Shown here: one piece after another, positions 28,405 to 38,560 of the stretch | How the letters are laid out: every line of letters starts with the position of its first letter | Position numbering within the stretch: the first letter of the stretch is position 1 | NCBI GenBank assembly: GCA_965237675.1 | Contig: OZ250150.1 | Span: 2,592,001 to 2,656,000 of the forward strand | Length of the DNA: 64,000 nucleotides | Reading direction: 5' to 3' | Source: Candidatus Latescibacterota bacterium | GTDB lineage: Bacteria; Latescibacterota; UBA2968; GCA-2709665 | The notes under the pieces: generated by a model | What the model was told of the DNA's origin: nothing | What the model saw: only the letters and a program-made list of their open reading frames with translations | Database searches by the model: none | Made by a program: the position numbers and the translations under genes

Positions 28405-29739
28405 ATGTCAGATGATATTCGAGCCAGAGCCGAAGGCGCCCGGGCGGCGGCATTGCAATTGAGCCACGCGTCCGAAGGGGAACGTAACGCGGCGCTGGAG
28501 GCGATTGCGGGAAGTCTGGGGGCCAGTGCGGGTGCCATTCTGGAGGCGAACCGAAGGGATCTGGAGGCTGCTGCCGTCCTGCTGGCCGAGGGCAGGTTGA
28601 CGGGCGCACTGGTCGGACGGTTGAAGGTGGATGAGGGCAAACTGCACAACGAGATTGTGCCCGGGGTTCGCAGCGTCAAGGCACAGCGGGACCCCATCGG
28701 CCGTACGCTGGCGGCCACGGAGATGGATGAGGGCCTGAAGCTCTACCGGGTATCGGTTCCGATCGGTGTGGTGGGAATCGTGTTCGAGTCTCGGCCTGAC
28801 GCGCTGGTGCAGATTGCCACGCTTTGCCTGAAATCGGGCAATGCGGCGCTGCTCAAGGGTGGAAGCGAGGCGTTCCATACCAATCGCGCGCTGGCGAATG
28901 TCCTCATCGCGGCAACACACGGGTTACCAGGCATTCCGGATGGCTGGATGCATCTGATGGAGGCGCGGGAGGACGTGCGGGCCATACTGGATCTGCACCA
29001 TCTGATCGATCTCATCATCCCCCGGGGCGGCAACGCGCTTGTCCAGCATGTTATGGAGAATACCAGGATTCCGGTGATGGGGCATGCCGACGGTGTCTGC
29101 CACGTGTACGTGCACGCGGAGGCGGATCTCGAGAAGGCAAAGCGGATCTGTCTGGATGCCAAGATCCAGTATCCATCGGCATGCAACGCGGCGGAGACGT
29201 TGCTTCTGGACACGGATATCGCGGGGGAATTCCTGCCGGCGATGGTCCGGATATACCAGCGGAACGGCGTTGATGTGCGGGGGGACGAACTGGCGCGAAC
29301 GCTGGTAGGCGGGGCGGTGGCCCCGGCAACGGAGAAGGATTGGGGAACGGAGTATCTCGACATGGTGATTTCCGTCAAAGTGGTGAACGGCGTGCAGGAA
29401 GCCGTCGATCATATCAACCGCTACGGCAGCCACCACACCGATGCGATTGTGACGGAAGACAGGGTTGCGGCATCCAGGTTCCTGCGCGAGGTGGATTCCG
29501 CGTCCACGCTGCACAACGCGTCAACCCGATTTGCGGATGGGTTCCGCTACGGTCTGGGCGCGGAGGTGGGCATCAGCACCAACCGGTTGCACAGCAGGGG
29601 GCCTGTCGGGCTGGAAGGCCTGGTGATTTACAAATACATCATTGAGGGGAACGGGCAAATTGCGGGCGACTATATCGGAGGTGGCTCAAAGGCGTTCACC
29701 CACCGACCCCTCGCCGAGACATGGACTCCTGACACCTGA
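28405..29739 (+). CDS. proA: Gamma-glutamyl phosphate reductase
   Basis: PIGVVGIVFESRP, LKGGSEA, IPRGG, SACNAAETLL, NASTRFADG..YGLGAEVGIST..LHSRGPVGLEGL. Confidence 0.95.
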   Translation: MSDDIRARAEGARAAALQLSHASEGERNAALEAIAGSLGASAGAILEANRRDLEAAAVLLAEGRLTGALVGRLKVDEGKLHNEIVPGVRSVKAQRDPIGRTLAATEMDEGLKLYRVSVPIGVVGIVFESRPDALVQIATLCLKSGNAALLKGGSEAFHTNRALANVLIAATHGLPGIPDGWMHLMEAREDVRAILDLHHLIDLIIPRGGNALVQHVMENTRIPVMGHADGVCHVYVHAEADLEKAKRICLDAKIQYPSACNAAETLLLDTDIAGEFLPAMVRIYQRNGVDVRGDELARTLVGGAVAPATEKDWGTEYLDMVISVKVVNGVQEAVDHINRYGSHHTDAIVTEDRVAASRFLREVDSASTLHNASTRFADGFRYGLGAEVGISTNRLHSRGPVGLEGLVIYKYIIEGNGQIAGDYIGGGSKAFTHRPLAETWTPDT

Positions 29740-29749
29740 GGTAATTCTG

Positions 29750-32635
29750 ATGAAATACGCGTTGCGGTTTCCGGTTGTGTTGTGTCTCACCCTGTTCGGT
29801 GCCTGCGCGTCTTCGCAGAAGGCGGCCCCGCCGCAAGCACTCTCGCCGCCCCATGCGCCCAAACTGCCGGTGGATCCGAATCTGACGCGTGGCAGGCTGC
29901 AGAACGGCATCCGATACATTATCCGTGAGAACAAACGGCCGGAGAACCGCGCGGAGTTGCGCCTGGTGGTGAATGCGGGTTCGATTCTGGAAGACGAGGA
30001 TCAGCAGGGACTGGCCCATTTTGTGGAGCACATGGCGTTCAACGGAACCCGGAATTTTCCCAAGCAGGACCTGGTGGATTACCTGGAATCGATCGGCATG
30101 CGTTTCGGACCGGACCTGAATGCATATACGAGCTTTGACGAAACCGTATATATGCTTCAAGTGCCGACCGATAGCGCAAAGGTTGTAACGCAGGCGTTCC
30201 AGATTCTGGAGGACTGGGCGTCGGGCGTTCTCTTCGAAGCGGAGGAGATCGACAAGGAGAGAGGGGTGGTGATCGAGGAATGGCGGCTGGGCCAGGGCGC
30301 AGGCGCCCGGCTGCGGGACAAGCAGTTTCCAATACTGCTCAAGGGGTCCCGATACGCGGAACGGCTGCCCATTGGAAAAAAGGCGGTGCTGGATACGTTC
30401 AAATACGAAGCGGCGCAGCGGTTTTATCGGGACTGGTACCGCCCGGATCTGATGGCCGTCATTGCCGTGGGGGATTTCGAGTCGGGCTGGATCGAGGGAT
30501 TGATCCAGGAACATTTCGCAAGAATCCCACCAGCTCGCCAGCCGAGAAAACGGACGCTGTATCCGGTTCCCGGGCACGAGGAGACCCTGTTCGCCATTGC
30601 GACCGATCCGGAGGCGACCCGCACGAACATATCCATCTACCATAAACAACCCTTGCGCGAACAGGATTCGGCCGAGGCTTACAGACAGAATATTGTCGAG
30701 TCCCTGTACAACAGGATGCTGAACGCGCGGCTGCATGAATCGACCAAGAAACCCGATGCGCCTTACATGTTCGCGTTCTCCAGCCAGGGTCGTTTTATCC
30801 GCACGCGCGAGTTCTATACGCTGGGGGCCGGTGTGAGAGAGGGTGGCATCCAGCGGGGCCTGGAGGCCGTACTCACGGAAGCCAGGAGGGTGCGCCTGCA
30901 CGGGTTCACGCAGTCGGAACTCGACCGCGAGAAGACCGGGGCGCTCCGTGCAATGGAGCGGTCCAACGCGGAGAAAGACAAGGTGCGTTCCCGTCGTTTC
31001 GCATCGGAGTATATCCGGCATTTCCTGACGGGTGAGCCGATTCCCGGGATCGCGTATGAGTACAAATTGTATCAGGAGATGGTGCCCGGCATCGAACTGG
31101 CCGAGGTGAACCGCCTTGCGGGCGAGTGGATTACCGACCGCGAACGCGTCGTGCTGGTCGACGGTCCGGAGAAGCCTGACGTGACAATGCCGACCGAAGC
31201 GGATCTGACGGCGGTAATCGGGCGCGTCAACGAGAAGGAGATCGAGCCATACGAAGACGCGGTCTCGGGCCGCCCGCTGATCGAAACGCCGCCGCAGCCC
31301 TCCCAAATAGTCTCGGAGAAGGAGATACTCGACCTGGGCGTGAGCGAATGGACACTGGCGAACGGTGTGCGCGTTGTGCTCAAGCCAACCGATTTCAAGA
31401 ACGACGAAGTGCTGTTTACGGCATTCAGCCCGGGCGGGCATGGGCTGGTGTCGGACCAGGATTATCTTGCGGCGTCGTCGGCAACGTCGGTGATTCGCGA
31501 GGGCGGCCTGGGGACGTTCGATGCGATCGGCTTGCAGAAGAAACTTGCCGGAAAGGTGGTGAGCGTATCGCCCTGGATCCAGGAACTTCGGGAAGGCGTT
31601 CAGGGCAGCGCATCCTTGAAGGATCTGGAGACGATGTTTCAAATGATCTACCTGACGTTTACTTCGCCTCGAAAGGACCCTGAAGCGTTTCTGGCCTACG
31701 TGCAGCGCATCCGCGGATTGCTGGAAAACCGTAGCGCCAGCCCGGCGGCGGCATTCGGCGATACGATTCAGGTAACGATGTCGCAGTACCACCACCGCGC
31801 GCGGGTCTGGTCGGAAGCGCTGCTGGAAGAAATGAACCTCGAGCGCTCGTTCGAGATTTACAAGGATCGGTTTGCCGATGCGAGCGATTTCATATTCTTT
31901 TTTGTGGGCAACATCGATCCGGATCGCATCCGCCCCCTTGTAAAGACCTACCTGGGCGGGTTGCCGGCGACTCGGCGAAAAGAGACCTGGCGCGACGTGG
32001 GTATACGGCCCCCCCGGGGCGTTATCGAAAAAACCATCCATAAGGGCCTGGAACCCAAGAGCAACAATCGAATCGTTTTCACCGGACCGTTCGAGTGGAG
32101 TCGCAGGAACAGTTACAACCTGGGGGCGATGACCGACGTCCTCCGAATCAAGCTGCGCGAGGTCTTGCGGGAGGAGATGGGAGGAACCTATGGCGTGGGT
32201 GTGGGCGTGTCCACCTCTCTTTATCCTGAGCAACGGTACCGGATCAGGATCGGTTTCGGCTGCGCGCCTGACAGCGTCGAGCAACTTACCCGGGCGGTTT
32301 TCACTCAGATCGACAGTCTCAATCGGTTTGGCGCATCGGATACGTATATAGAGAAAGTCCAGGAGGCGGACCGCCGCGCGCGGGAAGCGGCGTTGAAGGA
32401 AAATGGATTCTGGCGAAGGTCCCTCTCGTCCAACTATTGGCTGGGACTGGATCCCGCTTCCTTACTGGCGTACGACGATCTGGTGAACGGTCTCACTTCA
32501 GAACTTATCCGGGAGGCGGCGCAGAAGCATTTCGATATGGGGAATTACGCGCGTTTCGTACTCTACCCCGAAAAGGCGACGGGCGAACCCCAGGAAGGGT
32601 CCGGGAATCCTCCCGACGCGATAAACGGGTTCTGA
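29750..32635 (+). CDS. M16 zinc metallopeptidase lipoprotein (PqqL-like)
   Basis: Lipobox LFGA-C, inverted zincin HFVEHMAFNG, NAYTSFDETVY, ERGVVIEEWR, LREEMGGTY. Confidence 0.9.
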   Translation: MKYALRFPVVLCLTLFGACASSQKAAPPQALSPPHAPKLPVDPNLTRGRLQNGIRYIIRENKRPENRAELRLVVNAGSILEDEDQQGLAHFVEHMAFNGTRNFPKQDLVDYLESIGMRFGPDLNAYTSFDETVYMLQVPTDSAKVVTQAFQILEDWASGVLFEAEEIDKERGVVIEEWRLGQGAGARLRDKQFPILLKGSRYAERLPIGKKAVLDTFKYEAAQRFYRDWYRPDLMAVIAVGDFESGWIEGLIQEHFARIPPARQPRKRTLYPVPGHEETLFAIATDPEATRTNISIYHKQPLREQDSAEAYRQNIVESLYNRMLNARLHESTKKPDAPYMFAFSSQGRFIRTREFYTLGAGVREGGIQRGLEAVLTEARRVRLHGFTQSELDREKTGALRAMERSNAEKDKVRSRRFASEYIRHFLTGEPIPGIAYEYKLYQEMVPGIELAEVNRLAGEWITDRERVVLVDGPEKPDVTMPTEADLTAVIGRVNEKEIEPYEDAVSGRPLIETPPQPSQIVSEKEILDLGVSEWTLANGVRVVLKPTDFKNDEVLFTAFSPGGHGLVSDQDYLAASSATSVIREGGLGTFDAIGLQKKLAGKVVSVSPWIQELREGVQGSASLKDLETMFQMIYLTFTSPRKDPEAFLAYVQRIRGLLENRSASPAAAFGDTIQVTMSQYHHRARVWSEALLEEMNLERSFEIYKDRFADASDFIFFFVGNIDPDRIRPLVKTYLGGLPATRRKETWRDVGIRPPRGVIEKTIHKGLEPKSNNRIVFTGPFEWSRRNSYNLGAMTDVLRIKLREVLREEMGGTYGVGVGVSTSLYPEQRYRIRIGFGCAPDSVEQLTRAVFTQIDSLNRFGASDTYIEKVQEADRRAREAALKENGFWRRSLSSNYWLGLDPASLLAYDDLVNGLTSELIREAAQKHFDMGNYARFVLYPEKATGEPQEGSGNPPDAINGF

Positions 32636-32782
32636 TTGATGTGGGCGAGGAACAGTTCCGCCGGGGCCGGCTCAACGACCAGAATCCGGAAGGCACAATA
32701 AAGACCAGCGGAGTCCCGGCATGCCCAGATGCCGGGACTCATCTTTAATGTGATACCGAGATACACGTTCGCGGGGCAAAAC

Positions 32783-33817
32783 ATGGCGAGGTTCGAACGG
32801 GCGGCGGATGTCAAGACTGGCGTGGTCGGATACGGTGCGGCCTTCGAAATGGGCCGGCGTCACCTGTCGGATTTGCGAAAAGCGGGAATGACGCCCTGCG
32901 CCGTGGCGGAGACGGATCCGGAGCGGCTGGACGCGGCAGGGAGGGATTTCCCGGGAATCGAACAATATCGCTCTGTCCCGGAGATGTTGAGGAAGTCTGA
33001 CGTGAATCTGGTGGTACTGATTACGCCGCACAACACCCATGCGAAGCTCGGACTGCAGTGTTTGCGGGCGGGGCGGCATGTGATCAGCGAGAAGCCGTTC
33101 GCCATCACGACCGCTGAATGCGATTCGATGATACGGGAAGCCAGTGCGCGAAACCTTCTGCTTACCGCGTATCATAACCGGCACTGGGATGGATGTGTGC
33201 TGGAAGCGCTGAAACATCTCCACGAGGAGAAGGCGATCGGCGAGATCTACCGCGTCGACGCGCGAATCGGCGGATACGGTCACCCGGGAGACTGGTGGCG
33301 GAGCAGCCGGTCGATTTCCGGGGGCATCATGTACGATTGGGGAGTTCATCTGCTGGAGTACGCGCTCCAGATCATACCCGCGGAGATCGTCGAGGTTGCG
33401 GGGTTCGCAAAGACCGGCTTCTGGGCAGACGAGACACCATGGAAAGACGATACCAACGAAGATGTCGCGTGCGCGGTGGTGAGGTTCAACAACGGCGCCT
33501 GGCTGAGTCTGACGGTATCTTCGCTGGAGGCGAATCCCAGGCCGGGGCAGTTGGAGGTTTCAGGTACGGAAGGCAGCTATATCTTCGACGGGCGGACGTA
33601 CGAGATGGTCCGGAAACTGGGATCGGAACGGGTCGTTAAGAACGGCACCAACACGGCCAGCAGGTGGGAGGCGTTTTACCAGAATATCGCGGAGCACCTC
33701 ACGGAAGACAAAGAGCTGGTGATTACCCCCGAATGGGCCAGGCGGCCGATCCACATTCTGGATCTTGCCGTGAAAAGCGCAAAGCAGGGAAGGGCAATGA
33801 AGGCCCGGTACAAATAA
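32783..33817 (+). CDS. Gfo/Idh/MocA family oxidoreductase
   Basis: GVVGYG, EKP, YHNRHWD, GGIMYDWGVH. Confidence 0.9.
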   Translation: MARFERAADVKTGVVGYGAAFEMGRRHLSDLRKAGMTPCAVAETDPERLDAAGRDFPGIEQYRSVPEMLRKSDVNLVVLITPHNTHAKLGLQCLRAGRHVISEKPFAITTAECDSMIREASARNLLLTAYHNRHWDGCVLEALKHLHEEKAIGEIYRVDARIGGYGHPGDWWRSSRSISGGIMYDWGVHLLEYALQIIPAEIVEVAGFAKTGFWADETPWKDDTNEDVACAVVRFNNGAWLSLTVSSLEANPRPGQLEVSGTEGSYIFDGRTYEMVRKLGSERVVKNGTNTASRWEAFYQNIAEHLTEDKELVITPEWARRPIHILDLAVKSAKQGRAMKARYK

Positions 33818-33827
33818 GGGACAAGCG

Positions 33828-35150
33828 ATGAAGAAGGATACCCGGAACTCGTTTTGCACCGTTCCTTCGGTGCACCCTCCCCCCGACGTGACCCGAATGC
33901 AGGGTTATGCCTCCCGGCTGAGCGCATCGCCGGACGATAACATCGCGTTTCGGATGACCACGTTCGCCCGGACCTACGACGTGGCGTTCAAGCGTGTGGG
34001 CAAAACCGCCGAGGGGATCGGTGAGTTGATGGGGTTGCGCGGGAGGATGCAGGCCTGTCCGGAAAAGGCGTGGGAGAACGGCTGTGATTGGGAGTCTGAT
34101 TTTTTCTGGATTGTGCCGGAAGAGACGCGTTCCTGGATCTATACGGCGGAATTCACGGACGAAAAAGGCGTCAGGTTTCACGTTCCGTTTGTTGTCAAAC
34201 CCTATTTTCACCGGAAGGGTGACGTGGCGGTGCTGGCGTCCACCAATACGTGGCACGCCTACAACGGATGGGGCGGCCGGTCGGCCTACAGCGAGCCCCA
34301 GCCCAAAACGTTGAGCCTGGATCGGCCGATGCCCACGGCATCCCCCGAGGGCGAGGGCCGAAGCCATCTGTTGCGGGCCGAAATGTGGATTCTGGACTGG
34401 ATGGAGGAATGCGGTTACGCGGTGGACGTGTATTCGGACATCGATCTGCACCAGGGATGGGAGTGGCTGGCCGGTTACAAAGCCCTTGTGATCAATACGC
34501 ACAGTGAATACTGGTCGGAGCCGATGCGAGATCACCTGGATGCCTATCTGGATGCGGGCGGCTGCCTGCTTTATCTATCGGGAAATGGCGTCTACTGGAA
34601 GGTAACCTGGGATTCGACCTGCCGCACCATGGAAATCCGGAAAGACGGAAAGCCGCACTATCAGAATGGCGAGCAAGGCGGGCTTTGGCGCAACGTGGGG
34701 AGGCCCGAGCACTCGGTGCTGGGGGTGGGATATGTGCGCCCGGGATATATGACATTCTCGCCGTATAGGGTCGATACGGCCTCGCACTGGGTATTTGAGG
34801 GCCTCGGACTGAAGAATGGCGATCTGATCGGCGAAAAGGGCATCAACGGCGGCGCCGCAAGCGGATGGGAGGCGGACCAGGTGCGGGATGAATGGTCACC
34901 GGAAAACATCACAGTGCTGGCAAGAGGGATCAATCCGCTGGATTTTATGCCCGATGGAGAATCGGCGGTTTATCCGAACGAAGAGTACGATTGGGACGGC
35001 TCCGGGGGAGCCCATATGACGTATTACGACCATCCAGGCGGGGGCGGGGTATTCTCGGTGGGGTCGATCGCTTTTGGCGGTAGTCTGGTCGTGGATCGCG
35101 TGCTGCAGGGGACCGTGCGAAATGTGCTGGATGGGTTTCTCCGCAGATAA
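33828..35150 (+). CDS. N,N-dimethylformamidase large-subunit-like protein
   Basis: TNTWHAYNGWGGRSAY, HSEYWSEPMRD, YLSGNGVYW, GWEAD, GGGVFSVGSI. Confidence 0.8.
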   Translation: MKKDTRNSFCTVPSVHPPPDVTRMQGYASRLSASPDDNIAFRMTTFARTYDVAFKRVGKTAEGIGELMGLRGRMQACPEKAWENGCDWESDFFWIVPEETRSWIYTAEFTDEKGVRFHVPFVVKPYFHRKGDVAVLASTNTWHAYNGWGGRSAYSEPQPKTLSLDRPMPTASPEGEGRSHLLRAEMWILDWMEECGYAVDVYSDIDLHQGWEWLAGYKALVINTHSEYWSEPMRDHLDAYLDAGGCLLYLSGNGVYWKVTWDSTCRTMEIRKDGKPHYQNGEQGGLWRNVGRPEHSVLGVGYVRPGYMTFSPYRVDTASHWVFEGLGLKNGDLIGEKGINGGAASGWEADQVRDEWSPENITVLARGINPLDFMPDGESAVYPNEEYDWDGSGGAHMTYYDHPGGGGVFSVGSIAFGGSLVVDRVLQGTVRNVLDGFLRR

Positions 35151-35166
35151 CAAAGAGGACAAGTCA

Positions 35167-36078
35167 ATGGCCGATGGACGGATAACCGCACGCTACGATC
35201 TGCATCTGCACACGTACTGGAGCTATGATGCTACGGCGCAACCGGAGAGTCATTTCAGACGGGCCGGGGACCTCGGGGTCGCGTGCTTCGCGGTAACGGA
35301 CCACCACGTGCTGGATTCGCTTCCGGAGGTGCTGGAGATCTCGCAGCGCTACCCCGAGGTGCGAGTCGTACCCTCGGCCGAATTGACAATGACAACGTCG
35401 ATCGGGTCCGTGGATTTGCTGTGTTACGGTTTTCCCGCGGACCTTCCCGAGGCGATGAAGCAGGTGCTTGAAGCGTATCACCGCTGGCAACGTGACTACG
35501 GCGCCGCGATTTCAGCAGGCCTGAGGGCTCTGGGATACGGGTTTTCCGACGAGGACCGGCTGGATCTGCTGAGGTCCTATCGACCAGAGAAGACGATCGC
35601 CGTGCAGGGAAATACCCACGTGAAGGGCGGCGTGATCCAGCAGTATTGCGTGGATCGGGGTTTTATCGAGCGCGTCGACGACTACGGAGATCTGATGACG
35701 CGAGCGGGCGCGGCGACGCGGTTTCCGCCGTATCCGCACGTGAGAGATGTGATGTCCGCCGTCAAGGAGGCAGGCGCGCTGGTGGCGATCGCGCATCCGT
35801 TTGGCTATTTTCAGGAAGACAATGTGGAACGGATGGATGCGCTGCGTACGGAATGTTCGCTGGATGGGATCGAATGCGCACATCCGAGCGTGCCGCCTGC
35901 GTTTACCGCGAAATACCGGGAATATTGCGAACGCCACGGGTTGTTCTCCACGGGCGGATCGGATTGTCATACGGATGAAGACGTCGCGAGGGGTTTCGCG
36001 GGGCACGGCGGTCCTGATGAGTGGCTGGACGAATTCCTGGAGCGGTTGGACGCACGCAGGGTTGGCGGGAACATCTGA
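35167..36078 (+). CDS. PHP-domain metallophosphoesterase
   Basis: DLHLHT, AVTDHH, AHP, DGIEC, TGGSDCH. Confidence 0.85.
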   Translation: MADGRITARYDLHLHTYWSYDATAQPESHFRRAGDLGVACFAVTDHHVLDSLPEVLEISQRYPEVRVVPSAELTMTTSIGSVDLLCYGFPADLPEAMKQVLEAYHRWQRDYGAAISAGLRALGYGFSDEDRLDLLRSYRPEKTIAVQGNTHVKGGVIQQYCVDRGFIERVDDYGDLMTRAGAATRFPPYPHVRDVMSAVKEAGALVAIAHPFGYFQEDNVERMDALRTECSLDGIECAHPSVPPAFTAKYREYCERHGLFSTGGSDCHTDEDVARGFAGHGGPDEWLDEFLERLDARRVGGNI

Positions 36079-36169
36079 TCGACCCACGGGACACAACGAT
36101 CCCGCAGAGGATCCGGGTACGGGAAACACAAGCCCGGAAAACCAATTTCGGAAGGTGAGAGATCAGGTA

Positions 36170-37801
36170 ATGAAAGCGTCGGATCTGTTTGTAAAGGCCC
36201 TGGTGGCCGAAGGCGTGGAATATATCTTCGGCATCCCGGGCGAGGAGAATCTGGACCTGCTCGAGTCACTGCGCCATTCGAGCATACGCGTCATTCTCAC
36301 CCGGCACGAGCAGGCGGCGGGCTTTATGGCCGCAACGTACGGTCGCCTCACTGGCAGGACCGGGGTGTGCCTGTCGACCCTTGGGCCCGGGGCGACGAAT
36401 TTTGTAACCGCGGCGGCGTACGCCCAGCTGGGTGGCATGCCGCTGCTTATGATTACGGGCCAGAAGCCCATCAAGTCGAGCAAACAGGGCCACTTCCAGA
36501 TCGTGGATGTGGTTGAAATGATGCGGCCCCTGACCAAATACACCACCCGGATCGTCAGTGGCGCGACCATACCGCCGCGTGTGCGTGAGGCTTTCCGCGT
36601 GGCCGAGGAGGAGCGACCGGGAGCCGTGCACCTGGAGTTGCCCGAGGATATCGCCGCGGAAGAGGCGGTGGGCCATCTCTTTCCGAGGGATCGGGTGCGG
36701 CGCCCGGTGGCGGAGGCCAAGGCGGTCGCGCGGGCCGTCAGTATGATCCAGGATGCGCGCCGACCACTGCTTCTGCTGGGTGCGGGGGCCAATCGCAAGC
36801 GTACCTCGAATATGCTCGCCCGGTTCATAGACAAGACGGGCATTCCCTGGTTCAACACGCAAATGGGAAAGGGCGTGGTGGACGAGCGCCATCCGCTGTA
36901 TCTGGGAAATGCTGCCATGTCTTCCGGCGATGCCATACATTGCGCCATTGAGCGGGCCGACCTGATCATCAACGTGGGCCACGACGTGGTGGAAAAGCCG
37001 CCTTTTTTGATGCGGGAACAGGGACTGAACGTTATTCACGTCAATTTCTCTTCGGCCGAGGTCGATCCCGTATACTTTCCGCAACTCGAGGTGATCGGCG
37101 ACATAGGCAACAGCCTGTGGCAGATCTGCCAGCAGATCGAACCCCAGCCCCACTGGTTGTTCGACTACTTTCTCAGGGTGAAGGAATGGGCCGACGTGAA
37201 GTTGGCCGCCGGAGATGACGATGACCGCTTTCCGATACTGCCGCAGCGGTTGGTGGCCGACGTGCGGCGCGTGCTGCCCGACGATGGCCTGATCGCCCTC
37301 GATAACGGCGTATACAAGATCTGGTTCGCACTCAACTACCGAGCCCACCAACCGAATACCGTCTTGTTGGACAACGCCCTGGCAACCATGGGCGCCGGTC
37401 TGCCCTCCGCCATGGCGGCCAGCCTGCTTTATCCGGATCGCAATGTGGTGGCGGTCTGCGGCGACGGCGGCTTTATGATGAACTCACAGGAGTTGGAGAC
37501 CGCTTTGCGGTTGGGTCTGAACCTCGTGGCGCTCGTGTTGCGGGACGACGGCTACGGTATGATCAAATGGAAGCAGGCCCATATGGGTCTGGCGGATTTC
37601 GGGCTGGATTACGGGAATCCCGATTTCGTACGCTACGCCGAGAGCTACGGCGCCGGGGGACACCGGTTGGAACGAACGGACGACATGGCCGGATTGCTCC
37701 AGCGGTGTCTGAAGGCCGGCGGGGTGCATTTGATCGAAGTACCTGTGGATTATTCCGAAAATCACCAGTTGCTGGACGGGCAACTGGAATGTCCCCTGTA
37801 A
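36170..37801 (+). CDS. Acetolactate synthase large subunit (ThDP-dependent)
   Basis: MKASDLFV, FGIPGEEN, RHEQAAGFMA, LGPGATN, ThDP motif GDGGFMMN. The ORF track's start at 35801 is over-extended. Confidence 0.9.
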   Translation: MKASDLFVKALVAEGVEYIFGIPGEENLDLLESLRHSSIRVILTRHEQAAGFMAATYGRLTGRTGVCLSTLGPGATNFVTAAAYAQLGGMPLLMITGQKPIKSSKQGHFQIVDVVEMMRPLTKYTTRIVSGATIPPRVREAFRVAEEERPGAVHLELPEDIAAEEAVGHLFPRDRVRRPVAEAKAVARAVSMIQDARRPLLLLGAGANRKRTSNMLARFIDKTGIPWFNTQMGKGVVDERHPLYLGNAAMSSGDAIHCAIERADLIINVGHDVVEKPPFLMREQGLNVIHVNFSSAEVDPVYFPQLEVIGDIGNSLWQICQQIEPQPHWLFDYFLRVKEWADVKLAAGDDDDRFPILPQRLVADVRRVLPDDGLIALDNGVYKIWFALNYRAHQPNTVLLDNALATMGAGLPSAMAASLLYPDRNVVAVCGDGGFMMNSQELETALRLGLNLVALVLRDDGYGMIKWKQAHMGLADFGLDYGNPDFVRYAESYGAGGHRLERTDDMAGLLQRCLKAGGVHLIEVPVDYSENHQLLDGQLECPL

Positions 37802-37858
37802 GGGACTCTATTCCGCGATGGATGGTGGTATTCCGAACGACAGAGGGTCCTGACTGGA

Positions 37859-37879
37859 TCGAGGGCATCCTGCCCTCGA
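37859..37879. repeat. REP-like palindrome at the left edge of the defence island
   Basis: TCGAGGGCA-TCC-TGCCCTCGA, a perfect 9-bp stem. Confidence 0.5.
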
Positions 37880-37984
37880 AGCGAGAACGGCGATGGAAAT
37901 AGGGCTTGATCCACGCCGTGAGAATCGATAATATTGCGATTCAGTCCCCGAAACTGCCTTGATCCGAACCGCAGGAGGTCTTCA

Positions 37985-38560
37985 ATGGCCATTCTCGCTC
38001 CGCGTTCACCCATGACCGCCGAGGGGTTGTTCGAATTGCAGGACGACGGCGGTCGAATTGAACTGGTTGCAGGAGAACTTGCTCGTATGACCCCGACAGG
38101 CGGCGCCCATGGTGCATTGGCGGTCCGCATTGGGCGCCTGCTCGACGAGTACGTCGAAGCAAACGACCTCGGCGTCTGCTGCGGCGCCGAGACAGGGTTC
38201 ATCTTGGAGAGGGATCCCGATACAGTGCGCGCCCCGGACGCCGCCGTGGTGCTGGCATCGCGCGTTCCCGCCTCGGGCGTCCCCGCCGGCTACTGGCCCT
38301 TCGCCCCCGATCTCGCCGTCGAAGTGGTCTCGCCATCGGACCGCCTCGCCGACGTCCACGTCAAGATCGCCGAGTACTTCGCCGCCGGAACCCGCCTGGT
38401 CTGGCTGGTGGAACCCGAAACCCGGATGGTCCACGTCTACCGGTCGCAGCAGCAGGTTGAAGTGCTGGGAACGGAGGACGACCTCGAGGGCGGCGAGGTG
38501 CTGCCGGGGTTCCGCTGTCCGGTGCGGCGGCTCTTTCCCTCCGATCGTTCATCGCGATGA
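37985..38560 (+). CDS. Uma2 (DUF820) PD-(D/E)XK-family putative endonuclease
   Basis: ELVAGEL..MTP...HG, RAPDAA, APDLAVEVVSPSD, KIAEYFAAGTRLVWLVEP, LPGF. AGGAGG SD. Confidence 0.9.
   Translation: MAILAPRSPMTAEGLFELQDDGGRIELVAGELARMTPTGGAHGALAVRIGRLLDEYVEANDLGVCCGAETGFILERDPDTVRAPDAAVVLASRVPASGVPAGYWPFAPDLAVEVVSPSDRLADVHVKIAEYFAAGTRLVWLVEPETRMVHVYRSQQQVEVLGTEDDLEGGEVLPGFRCPVRRLFPSDRSSR

Noticed and set aside
29696-32284. 862-aa antisense ORF (similar ones at 5076-6113, 16612-17772, 26825-27979, 54737-56236)
   Set aside because: Each fully overlaps well-supported genes on the other strand; typical stop-poor reverse frames in GC-rich DNA.
35801-36169. N-terminal extension of acetolactate synthase in the ORF track
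   Set aside because: Overlaps the PHP gene; the family start MKASDLF is at 36170.
37792-37860. tRNA or att site at the island edge
   Set aside because: Only a short GTCCC/GGGAC hairpin; no cloverleaf and no matching repeat seen near 47100-47480.
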